Of a DNA stretch of 64,000 nucleotides, positions 45,763 through 55,314 are shown one piece after another. Origin of the DNA: a virus. The stretch lies in IMG/VR virus record IMGVR_UViG_3300030390_002408. The stretch is one strand, 5' to 3'. A model generated the notes under the pieces. It did not search any database. It had not been told where the DNA came from and was given only the letters and a program-made list of their open reading frames with translations. Every line of letters begins with the position of its first letter. Positions within the stretch are counted from its first letter, which is position 1. The position numbers and the translations under genes are program-made.

Positions 45763-46818
45763 TTAGAAGTCTAGTTTAACTCTTACAAGTAACTCTTTTG
45801 TAAAGTTTTTTGGTAAAGGTCTTGATAATTTGGCAACTGCTAGTAATTCGTTATTATCATTATATAAACCTACAGTTGTTATATATGAAGTTGGATCATC
45901 AACAAAACTATCAAATAATACTGCTCCTGTAGATCCTGATATAAATGATGGATTTTCTGAGTAGTTGAATTCTGCGTTTCTTGCTCTAACAAATATGAAA
46001 TTTGAAGATAAAGACTCTTCACTGTTTAATTTAAAATTTTTAGTATCATCAACAACACTAGCTGCTGAACTACTAATAGCATTAAATAATTTTCTAGGAT
46101 TTTCTTTTTTGGTATTTCCTGGATTTTGGGCTGTATTTAATGAAATACCACCATCACCTGGAATTCCATCTAAAGCTGGACCACTTAATAATATAGTACC
46201 TATATCTGGGAGGAATAAACCATATGATCCTGAATTTTCACTCCAACCTGCTGGAGAGTTGATGCCTGAAGTTTTAACCCCATCATTTATAGATCCTGAA
46301 ACTATGTTATAAACTCTACCGGCATCTGTAAATGTAACAGAAGATTGAATTGAACTATCATCAATCAAAGATAATTCATCTGAACCTACTTTTAAATGTA
46401 TTTCGGTAGCTCCGGGTAGTAATTTTTCTTTATATCTTGCTCTTTCAATACTTAAAGCATAAAAATACTCTACTTCTTGATTTCCAAAAATAAATTTAGC
46501 ATTTTCATCTCCTAAAATTAATGATCTATATTGACCATAATTAGTTCTTGTTGGAGTATTACCTACTACTAAAGGATTATAATATTGACTCCCACTACCC
46601 TTAGAATCACAATATGCTATGTCAAATTGAACAGATGACTCTGCAGATCCTGTTTCTGATTGGTATACATGATAATAAAATTGACCTGTGGTAGAGTCTG
46701 TTTGTATAGAAGAAGTAAAATAGGTTCCTAAACTTGGAGAATTATTACTCCAAACTGTTGCTGTTACAGAGTCTGTACTTACTACTAAATCTTCTGGATC
46801 GAATCTTTTAAATCCCAT
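45763..46818 (-). CDS. Baseplate/tail structural protein
   Basis: C-terminal YITTVGLYNDNNELLAVAKLS, paralogous to the neighbouring gene. Confidence 0.6.
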   Translation of the reverse strand: MGFKRFDPEDLVVSTDSVTATVWSNNSPSLGTYFTSSIQTDSTTGQFYYHVYQSETGSAESSVQFDIAYCDSKGSGSQYYNPLVVGNTPTRTNYGQYRSLILGDENAKFIFGNQEVEYFYALSIERARYKEKLLPGATEIHLKVGSDELSLIDDSSIQSSVTFTDAGRVYNIVSGSINDGVKTSGINSPAGWSENSGSYGLFLPDIGTILLSGPALDGIPGDGGISLNTAQNPGNTKKENPRKLFNAISSSAASVVDDTKNFKLNSEESLSSNFIFVRARNAEFNYSENPSFISGSTGAVLFDSFVDDPTSYITTVGLYNDNNELLAVAKLSRPLPKNFTKELLVRVKLDF

Positions 46819-46831
46819 TTTTTAATTATTT

Positions 46832-47491
46832 TTAAAGTGATGTTTTATTTATAGATACAGGGATTTGTAATCTTGCTCCACTATCTCTACCTACTATAGT
46901 TAAAGTAGCGTATAATACTTCATTAGTACCAAATAATGTATTTATTCCTGTTGCTCTCATTGTTAATGTAGTACCAATTACTGTTTTAGAAACATTAGTT
47001 CCATTAGTAGTTGTTGAATTAAGAGCTTGTGCCTGTGTAGTATCAATTCCTGTTCCTTCAAATGATGAAAATAATCTTGCATCCGAAATTGTAAAAGTAT
47101 ATCCTGAAGATTCAAATACTTGATTACTATCTAAGTAATTGAGTGTTTGTGGAGTAAGTCCTTTTTCAGCTGTTTGTTTCAATATAATACTAGTTTGACC
47201 TAAGTCAAGTATAGGCATTTTAGCTGTCCCTCTAGGAAGTGTAGCTAATTTATATTTCATTATTTGAGTTTCATCAGGGAATGCTTCTAGGATTGGCATA
47301 TTTTCAATAGCTTCTCCATAAAATGCTGAACCTGAAGGATGTGATGGGTTGTAAATTGTGTAATCAATTTCATCATCAGATAAAGCAAATTGAGTGATTT
47401 GGAATGAACCATCTCCTCTTGCTAAGAGTTCTCTTCCTTTTTTTGTTAAAATAGCATCTATAGTTACTACTTGATTATTTAAATATCCCAT
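46832..47491 (-). CDS. Baseplate/tail-fibre attachment structural protein
   Basis: DAILTKKGRELLA...ITQFALSDDEIDY, resembling tail-collar-type N-termini. Confidence 0.6.
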   Translation of the reverse strand: MGYLNNQVVTIDAILTKKGRELLARGDGSFQITQFALSDDEIDYTIYNPSHPSGSAFYGEAIENMPILEAFPDETQIMKYKLATLPRGTAKMPILDLGQTSIILKQTAEKGLTPQTLNYLDSNQVFESSGYTFTISDARLFSSFEGTGIDTTQAQALNSTTTNGTNVSKTVIGTTLTMRATGINTLFGTNEVLYATLTIVGRDSGARLQIPVSINKTSL

Positions 47492-47510
47492 TACTTAATT
47501 GTTATTTTGT

Positions 47511-47545
47511 TTATAAATATATAATATTTTTACTTTTATTCCAAG
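47511..47545 (-). promoter_or_regulatory. Composite host-type + late promoter
   Basis: CTTG-N20-TATATTTA, overlapping ATATTTATAA. Confidence 0.5.
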
Positions 47546-47558
47546 CTATTTTTTAAAT

Positions 47559-50500
47559 CTAATCAAATGTATTAGTTCCTTTAAGTTGTGATATTAAAGT
47601 TAATGCATTTTTCTTTTGAGTTGGTGTACAATCATTTGGTACTATATACCCTTCCCCTGTTGGAGTATTAGCTCCATCTGAGTTGATTGGTGGGGATTGA
47701 AATATAAGTACTTTATTATCAGCTTGGACTCTTCTTCTAATTGTGAAATTATAAACAAATTGCAGTTCAAGAGGGGGTGGTGGTGTTACTATTAACATAT
47801 CAAATACACTATCTGGGGTGAAATCCCAAGTGATTGCAGGGTTGGAGGGAGAACCTCCACTAAATCCCGCGGGGAAATCACCATAATTAATAGGTTGTCC
47901 TGGGGAATCATCAAAAGTTGTTCTCACATGGATTGGAGGATTAGATGATTGTCCTACCTTTAAAATAGTACAATTATATACTTCGGGGGATGGGGTATCA
48001 GGCTGCTTATTATATGTTATTCTTAATTCATCCCCAGCTTTTATGGTGAATATTTCATTAGGGTCCTCATAGGAACCCTCAAATGATTGTGAAACATTAA
48101 ATTTAAAATAGTTTTGGATTTCTTTAAAAGGTTTTTCATCATATGTTTCTGTACCAAGATCATAACCTATGTAAGGTGTAAATCCTATTGAACCTACAGT
48201 ACTTGAATAATATTCGGAATTGTATACTGGGGGTGAGGAAGAAAATCCGAAATTAGTTATCCCTCCAGGAATTGTAGTTCGATCGTATGGGAAATAAGGT
48301 AATCTTGGGAAAGGGGTTAGGAGTGTGGTATTTAGAGTATTTATTAATGCCAATGATGCTCCATTTATATGTATTTCAGTATTTGCGGGGAAGGAATTTT
48401 TAATTTGAAGAGATTGGGTTAAACTCATATTCCCTCCGGCTAAATAAAACTTATGGGCGTTTTCATAACCAAAAACTCCAGAGTAATTAGGATCTTTTAT
48501 CATCCAATATGATAAATCCTTATGGGTTTTACTAGGTGAAAATGTGGTAGGGGTAGGGTTAAGGGGGAAATCTCCATCTAAATTACCATCTCTACCTTTA
48601 ACATTTAAACAGTAACTAGCAGTTATATAATTTTGAGTAGATAAATACTCTGTTTTTGATTTTTCAGTTCCGTTAATTAAATTATATTCTAATCCACCTT
48701 GATAAATTTTATTTAATCCTATAGGTAAAATAGATAAGTCAACCCCATTTGCTGTAAGAGTATCATAACTAATTAAAGCTTCTCTACCAGGTTCAAATAC
48801 ATTACTAGTTTCATATAAATTATCATTACTACCATCTAACTTTATAATTTTAGGTATTGAGGTAGACTCTTCATCTCCTGTTATATCTTCAAAAGGTAAA
48901 CCTATTAAAGCATCAACTTTAAATAAGTAAGAGTCAAATAACTCTTTACTCTCATTTGAAGATTTAAAGTGAGCAAAGAAAATTGGATTTTTATCTACTA
49001 CTGCAGTAGGACCAAATGACTCATCTCCATTATAACTCCCAGTATCACCATTTAAAAATGTTATAGATGATGATGGATTAGTTGGAAAATTATAATCTGC
49101 ACTTTGTAGTCTACTACCTTCATATCTAGGTCTAGTTACTCTTCTCATAGTGTAATTACTATCAGGAGTATTTGCTTTAATTGCGGAATTTGTTTTAATT
49201 AAATCTAAATTGATTGGGGTAGAAGCATCAGTACTATAATCTACATCCTGTAGGAATGTGTTTGGTCTATTTAAGATAACATTATTAATAGTAGCATTAT
49301 AAATTGAATTATCAAATGGAAAAGATGATAATGGAATTTGTAATGGAGTTAGAGAAGATGCAGTAGTATTTACTAATATAATAGTTTCTGAAGGGTCAGA
49401 GAATATTTTAAAAGGGTTATAAAATAATGATTGGGTAGTTGCTGTAATAATTGAACCACTATAAGCACCATCATAAAATTCTTTTTCAGTATCTTCTATA
49501 ATAGTTTGTAAACCCAATACAGTATCAAAAGTATTATTGTAAGATTGTGTTACAGGGACAGAACCAAAAGCCTGTGAGCCCAATGGTTTTATGTCATCTT
49601 TAGCAGGAATAGAAGATGTTAATTCTAAATTTTTAAATACTAAAGGAGTATTATAATCATTTGGGTATACAGCTACTGTAGTTTTATTTGTTATACTTGG
49701 TGGAGTAAATCTATTTCGCTCCAACATATGCTGTTTAATAATAATTCCAGTAGATACACTAGTACGCGCGGGTACATAAGCTTTAATTGCCTTGAATAGT
49801 GAATTATCTACATACTTTATTAATCTAATGTAATCATAAATATTTCCTTCAGTGTACTTTTGAAAGAAATACTCTGCAGATTTTTTTAATTGTGGGTAGT
49901 AATCAGATGATGAAGATATAAATCTTGGATCTGCTAAAGCATCACTAATAAGACCATACCCAAATGCTTGAATTATATCATCATTAACATTATCTTGTGG
50001 GGAAAATGCTACTTCTAAACTTGTAATATCTTCAGTGTAACTTCTACTAATTTCATAATCTTGCTCTATACTAATAGTATTAGATAAAACATTACCAAAA
50101 TTATCATTATTAACTACCTCAATTTTGTTTGAAATTCTATTTCTAGAGCCAATTTGGGGTTGATCTAAAAAGTAGGTTTCAGTATTAGGTTGACTGAAGG
50201 TTCTTGTAGTTTCATTTTCATAATATCGAATATGATAATTACTTGAAGTTACATTCCCATCAGGATTAACAAATGATCCAGTTACTAAAAGATTAGATTT
50301 AGCTGAAACTGCAGGATGAAATGAAGTAAATGACTCTGTATGAGATGAACTTATTGAAGTTTCAAATTTATCTTCTAATTCATTTCCTAAAGGTGCTCTA
50401 AAATTAACTATATCAAATGAGCTTTCAGATCCTGTAATGTTATTTCCCTCGATACTTTCAGGATTCATTACAAAATCATTAAATACTGTTTCAGGAATAT

Positions 50501-53500
50501 CATTAGAATAATATCTAAATTCTTGGAAAGAACCTGAGAACATTTTACCTGAAGAGTTTAAAGTATGAGGGCCTACATTAGACCCACTAACTAATCCTCC
50601 TAAATAAACTCCATCATGAGACCCAGTCCCAAATTTATTCCAAGCTTCATTTATAGAAGAACTTGTAGAACCATCAATTGATATACTAGCACTTCCTTGA
50701 AATGAAATTTGATTTCTATCTTTACCATTATATGTTTTATTTTTTACATATAGGGTATAAGTTGTATTTGTAGTATGAACACTAGCTGATGGGTGAGTAT
50801 CTCTTTGTAACATTAAACTCCACCAACCATTATCATAAAGGGGTAAGTAAATATCATCTGATACTACGGTTCCACCTTCTGAAGGTGACCCTGAAATGTA
50901 AAATCTTACTACACCCCAATCTCTGTAAGTAGTATTATTAGATCCGGAGTAAGTTCCTACTGCTGATCCTGTATAGAATAAACCTACACCAAAATCAAAA
51001 TTAGTGGAAGTTTCATCCCCATCAGATTTTTTAACTGCTAATGATTGACTAAAAAATTCTCCAGCATATGATGATGTAGGGTAACCTGAAGTTTTAAATC
51101 TGAATTGTAAATTATCAGGAACAATATACTTACCATTACCAATAATAGAAACACTTATAATCTCCTCCCCTAAAGAATCATCTTGAACACTTAACCAATC
51201 AAAGGGTGTTACACTTGTTTTAATAAACTTACTATTCCAATCTCCACTTGCGGATTTATTGGCAGGTTTACTAATTAATCCATCATAAACTGAGGATGTT
51301 CTTATCTGATGACCATCAGCTGATCTGCCCCATTGATATAAATCACCATAAGAAGAGGTATCATTATAACTTGTTGCTACTTGGGTTGCACCTAGATTTC
51401 GGTCTAACCATATTTTTTGTGTAGTTGTGTTATACACAAATCCATAGGTTAACCCTAAATATTCAGTAGTTTTACCAGAATAATTATTATCATATCCAGC
51501 TTGTGTAAATGTTCCATCTACTATTAAACGAACAGATTGACCCTGTGCCCGGGATTGAGAGGTAGAAAGAGAAGTTAGATTATTGAAAAAGATGTATCTT
51601 GCATTTGAGCCTATAAGTACATCACTACTCCAATATCTACCCTGACTACCCTCACCACCTAGAAAACCACTATTGGCACTACGATTACCTGCTGATGGTA
51701 ATTTTAATACAGAGGCAAAAGCACCGTCTCTATTTAAACTCCCCCATGAGGAACTTTCATCATCCCATTCAGTTTTAGTAGGGTATCTTAAATTAATATT
51801 TATATATGATACATCAGTTATTCTATTTCTCTCAAGAGGCATCCAAGGTATAATAGCCGATGCACTTGCTACATTTTGATTAGCTATTGGTGAAAAAGCA
51901 TAACTATATCTATTATACCAATAATCATAATCATTAATATTCTTTTTATTTTTACCCCCAAATTCATTTATTCTTAATATAGTATCAGGTATACCCCAAA
52001 TATTAATTAATTGACGTAAACCAGAAACTGTACCTTTCTTTTTAACTAGGTAAGCCATATTATGGTAAAGTCTTTTGTAAATCTCTTTACTAACTTTATC
52101 AATAGGGTATGGAAATCCTTTTTCACCTAACTGCTCAACATAATATAAAAATGAGTAAGAAGGACTCCAGTAATTAACTACTGTACCATTATTAATAGCT
52201 ATGTAGTTATCAATTATTTCATTCCCCGTAGGAGGAACATAACTACCGTCTTCTTCTCCTATTAAACCCATGTAGTTATTTTGGTTATTGAGATTACTCC
52301 CAAAACCTTCATAACCTAAAGATTTAATAGCATCTTGAGATAATTTTAAAGGAATACCTTTATCTAATTCATTAGTTGTATTATTTTTTTCTGTAACTGC
52401 TTTAGTATATAACCATATCTCATCAAAATGCTGACCAGCCATATTAGAAAAATCTATATAGTTGTTATTATCTTGATTATCCCTTATAAATTCTGGGATA
52501 GTGTAGTATAGCCAATTTTGATTAGTATTGTCATATAAAGAAGCACTTAATATAATACCCCCATAGGTAGAAGATCCTTCAATATCACTCCCTAACCATT
52601 GTAATACTTCAGTACTACCTGTATTTTGTAGTGTATGTGGGAAATCTGAACCTGATACCTTAGGGTATGCTGAAGATCCTGATGTGTAAAATAGATGATA
52701 TTCATATCCATCTAAATTCTTAATAATATTTTCAATGTTATTATTAGCCGATGATAATGTTGATATTACTTGTGAAGATCCACTAGTAGATCCTGTAATA
52801 GAGGATTTAATAGTAGCTATATCATCTTCATAAGATTGAATTTGAGATACCTTCTCATAAAAATTTTCTATTCTTTTTTTAGCAGAGGAAAAATTTACAA
52901 ATTCATTAAATGTAGAGAATGAATAATTGGGTGTTATTTTAACACCTTTTTGATTTAATATATTTTGAAGGTTATTATTAGATCCAGTTGTTACAGCATC
53001 TAATAATTCAGATTTTGATTTTAATTCAGTTGAATTATTTACAAAATCCTTTATTTCTAAATTATAATTGGGACCTTTTAAATATTGTACATTATCTAAT
53101 TCTAAATTTGGTGGGGTAAAGAATTTAACACTATAGGCTTGAGTCTCTGCTATTTTAGTTGTAACATAAATTTCATCCTTTATAAAGAATGAATCAGGTA
53201 AAGCATCATATAATTTAATTAAAATTGAATATTGTTCTGTTGAAGTATCTAATAATAAATTAACACCTATGTTATAATTATTCCCTAGTGAAGAAATATA
53301 AAATTCATCAAAATACTCAGCACTATCAACTTTTGATTTTAAAATATTGAATGATGATTCTAAATCTTCATTGGATATAAAGTTAGAATTTAATTTAATT
53401 TCAGTCCTATCTGAGGATATTTCTGATATATATAGTAGATTTGTAGGTGAAGTTGATAATTCATAATTGATAAAATTATAAACAGCATATAAATCCCCAA

Positions 53501-53795
53501 TATCATATCCCCTTTTAATTAAATCATTTGAAGGGTCAATTTGAAGGATGTCAGTATCATTTAACCCTGAGGTATTTGAATTTTGTGTAATAGTCCAATC
53601 ATTATATTGGTATGAAGATTCTAAGAGAGAAATATTTGTATCATAAATAAATAATTCAACTCTGTTTTCTTCAGGTGAAAATGCTCCAGCTATATTCTCA
53701 CTTGGGATTATAGTTTGATCTGAGAGTTCAAAGCCATCATTAAATAATGAAGATGGGGTAATTTGAGATACAGATGAGGAAATTTTAAGTTCCAT
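47559..53795 (-). CDS. Large baseplate wedge protein (gp7-like) with inserted FISUMP/C-type-lectin-fold domain
   Basis: IPEFI..GQHFD, KKKGTVSGLRQLINIWGIP, LamG-like segment (WWSLMLQR...SGSFQEFRYY) and YVPART..GIIIK motifs. Confidence 0.7.
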   Translation of the reverse strand: MELKISSSVSQITPSSLFNDGFELSDQTIIPSENIAGAFSPEENRVELFIYDTNISLLESSYQYNDWTITQNSNTSGLNDTDILQIDPSNDLIKRGYDIGDLYAVYNFINYELSTSPTNLLYISEISSDRTEIKLNSNFISNEDLESSFNILKSKVDSAEYFDEFYISSLGNNYNIGVNLLLDTSTEQYSILIKLYDALPDSFFIKDEIYVTTKIAETQAYSVKFFTPPNLELDNVQYLKGPNYNLEIKDFVNNSTELKSKSELLDAVTTGSNNNLQNILNQKGVKITPNYSFSTFNEFVNFSSAKKRIENFYEKVSQIQSYEDDIATIKSSITGSTSGSSQVISTLSSANNNIENIIKNLDGYEYHLFYTSGSSAYPKVSGSDFPHTLQNTGSTEVLQWLGSDIEGSSTYGGIILSASLYDNTNQNWLYYTIPEFIRDNQDNNNYIDFSNMAGQHFDEIWLYTKAVTEKNNTTNELDKGIPLKLSQDAIKSLGYEGFGSNLNNQNNYMGLIGEEDGSYVPPTGNEIIDNYIAINNGTVVNYWSPSYSFLYYVEQLGEKGFPYPIDKVSKEIYKRLYHNMAYLVKKKGTVSGLRQLINIWGIPDTILRINEFGGKNKKNINDYDYWYNRYSYAFSPIANQNVASASAIIPWMPLERNRITDVSYININLRYPTKTEWDDESSSWGSLNRDGAFASVLKLPSAGNRSANSGFLGGEGSQGRYWSSDVLIGSNARYIFFNNLTSLSTSQSRAQGQSVRLIVDGTFTQAGYDNNYSGKTTEYLGLTYGFVYNTTTQKIWLDRNLGATQVATSYNDTSSYGDLYQWGRSADGHQIRTSSVYDGLISKPANKSASGDWNSKFIKTSVTPFDWLSVQDDSLGEEIISVSIIGNGKYIVPDNLQFRFKTSGYPTSSYAGEFFSQSLAVKKSDGDETSTNFDFGVGLFYTGSAVGTYSGSNNTTYRDWGVVRFYISGSPSEGGTVVSDDIYLPLYDNGWWSLMLQRDTHPSASVHTTNTTYTLYVKNKTYNGKDRNQISFQGSASISIDGSTSSSINEAWNKFGTGSHDGVYLGGLVSGSNVGPHTLNSSGKMFSGSFQEFRYYSNDIPETVFNDFVMNPESIEGNNITGSESSFDIVNFRAPLGNELEDKFETSISSSHTESFTSFHPAVSAKSNLLVTGSFVNPDGNVTSSNYHIRYYENETTRTFSQPNTETYFLDQPQIGSRNRISNKIEVVNNDNFGNVLSNTISIEQDYEISRSYTEDITSLEVAFSPQDNVNDDIIQAFGYGLISDALADPRFISSSSDYYPQLKKSAEYFFQKYTEGNIYDYIRLIKYVDNSLFKAIKAYVPARTSVSTGIIIKQHMLERNRFTPPSITNKTTVAVYPNDYNTPLVFKNLELTSSIPAKDDIKPLGSQAFGSVPVTQSYNNTFDTVLGLQTIIEDTEKEFYDGAYSGSIITATTQSLFYNPFKIFSDPSETIILVNTTASSLTPLQIPLSSFPFDNSIYNATINNVILNRPNTFLQDVDYSTDASTPINLDLIKTNSAIKANTPDSNYTMRRVTRPRYEGSRLQSADYNFPTNPSSSITFLNGDTGSYNGDESFGPTAVVDKNPIFFAHFKSSNESKELFDSYLFKVDALIGLPFEDITGDEESTSIPKIIKLDGSNDNLYETSNVFEPGREALISYDTLTANGVDLSILPIGLNKIYQGGLEYNLINGTEKSKTEYLSTQNYITASYCLNVKGRDGNLDGDFPLNPTPTTFSPSKTHKDLSYWMIKDPNYSGVFGYENAHKFYLAGGNMSLTQSLQIKNSFPANTEIHINGASLALINTLNTTLLTPFPRLPYFPYDRTTIPGGITNFGFSSSPPVYNSEYYSSTVGSIGFTPYIGYDLGTETYDEKPFKEIQNYFKFNVSQSFEGSYEDPNEIFTIKAGDELRITYNKQPDTPSPEVYNCTILKVGQSSNPPIHVRTTFDDSPGQPINYGDFPAGFSGGSPSNPAITWDFTPDSVFDMLIVTPPPPLELQFVYNFTIRRRVQADNKVLIFQSPPINSDGANTPTGEGYIVPNDCTPTQKKNALTLISQLKGTNTFD

Positions 53796-53808
53796 ATTTT
53801 ATGTTGAA

Positions 53809-54168
53809 TTATTTTTTTGTTAAACTTTCTACAATACTTAGAGCTTCATTTTGTCTTAGTTCTAAATTTTCTTCTCTTAATGATGATATTTCATCTAATA
53901 AAGCTTGAATTTCTTCTGAGATATTATTTACATCAGCATATTCGCTACTAGTTTTTGATAAATATTCATGAGATTCAATTTCACCTAATTTTGGAATATC
54001 ATAAAAAAATTTATCGTATAATAACCAAAAATCTTTTATGGTAGCCAAATCTAAATTAAAAAAAGAAGGATCGGGTTGAGTTATTAACTGATTAAATTCA
54101 GTATCAACTGTATCTTTAAATTTTTCCTTATTAAATACTTGTCTTTCTAGATTTGCTGATTTTTTCAT
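53809..54168 (-). CDS. Hypothetical baseplate-region protein
   Basis: 119 aa with C-terminal coiled coil. Confidence 0.55.
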   Translation of the reverse strand: MKKSANLERQVFNKEKFKDTVDTEFNQLITQPDPSFFNLDLATIKDFWLLYDKFFYDIPKLGEIESHEYLSKTSSEYADVNNISEEIQALLDEISSLREENLELRQNEALSIVESLTKK

Positions 54169-55301
54169 CCTTTAGCTACTTTAAATAATATGTCTTCATC
54201 AAATACCTTAGTAGTATTGTCTAATTTAGTTTTAATTAAAATAGTATAATATCTTTCAGGTTCTAATCCACTCATATAAACATCAAAATAACTTGAGGTT
54301 TCATCTGCACTTATTTTAGTATAAGAAGAATCAAAATTAATTACAAATTCATTAGTATCTGTGTCTTTAATAGCATATGAAGATACATTTTCGGGTAAAT
54401 AATAATTTTCAGTATAATATGATGATGTTATAAATTGTCTATCTGGATATTTAGGTATGGCTGATATTCTAAATCTAGCTATACTTTCAGAATAGTATAC
54501 CCCAGTATTATTATATATGTTTATAAAACTTTCAGCTTTATTTAATATAACATTTGAAGAAGATCCAGTATTAAATATATAATCATCCCATCTAAATTCT
54601 AATTGTGGAGGGTAAATTGTGTTTGTATCGATACTAAAATATCTAAAAGTATGGGAGTTATTAGATGAAATATTAAATTCATCATTTGATCCTTGCTTTA
54701 CAATAAATCCATCATTATGGAAACCATTGCTGGAATCTATTGAATTACTCTGCCAAGTGTTAATTGTATTAGTAACATCTAATGAAATATCAATAGTATC
54801 ACTATAATTAAATGATTGAGAGGGTGTTACATCTAATCCTAAATTAGAACCTGTATACCAAGTTCCCCCTCCTATTGAGGAAGAATAAGAGGCAGTAACA
54901 TAACTACTAAATGAAGAAGTAGCCCACTCAGTTGAACCAGAAGATGCTTGGAATTTCCAACTTACACCATTTGAAGTTATTGGGGTATTTCTAAAATGGC
55001 CTGTCCCCATATTCCAACTTCCTGAAATTGGGTAGGCGTATAATTTAGTATCTGAATTTAATCCTGTTACTACAGCTGCGTAATTATTTAAATATGTTTT
55101 AAATGATGATCCTGATATCTTATTAGTTATAATATCTGAAATTTCTGTTGAAGCAAATTTAATTAAATATCTACTAATATGAGGATCTCCCAAGTACATA
55201 TAAGTTGATGCTTCTAAAATTTGGTCTAAACCTGTATTCATACTAATATTTTCAGTATAAATTGAAGCATCTTTTGTTGGGAATATTTTGTATACTGCCA
55301 T
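54165..55301 (-). CDS. Virion structural protein (DNRLRE/CBM96-like beta-sandwich)
   Basis: KDASIY..NTG..LE..RYLIKF..DVT..W..GF..FSID..PQLE pattern. Confidence 0.5.
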   Translation of the reverse strand: MAVYKIFPTKDASIYTENISMNTGLDQILEASTYMYLGDPHISRYLIKFASTEISDIITNKISGSSFKTYLNNYAAVVTGLNSDTKLYAYPISGSWNMGTGHFRNTPITSNGVSWKFQASSGSTEWATSSFSSYVTASYSSSIGGGTWYTGSNLGLDVTPSQSFNYSDTIDISLDVTNTINTWQSNSIDSSNGFHNDGFIVKQGSNDEFNISSNNSHTFRYFSIDTNTIYPPQLEFRWDDYIFNTGSSSNVILNKAESFINIYNNTGVYYSESIARFRISAIPKYPDRQFITSSYYTENYYLPENVSSYAIKDTDTNEFVINFDSSYTKISADETSSYFDVYMSGLEPERYYTILIKTKLDNTTKVFDEDILFKVAKG

Positions 55302-55314
55302 TGTTGTTTATTTA

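Noticed and set aside
51520-51640. Diversity-generating retroelement targeting the lectin-fold insert
   Set aside because: No reverse transcriptase and no second near-identical copy seen in this window; cannot be excluded elsewhere in the genome
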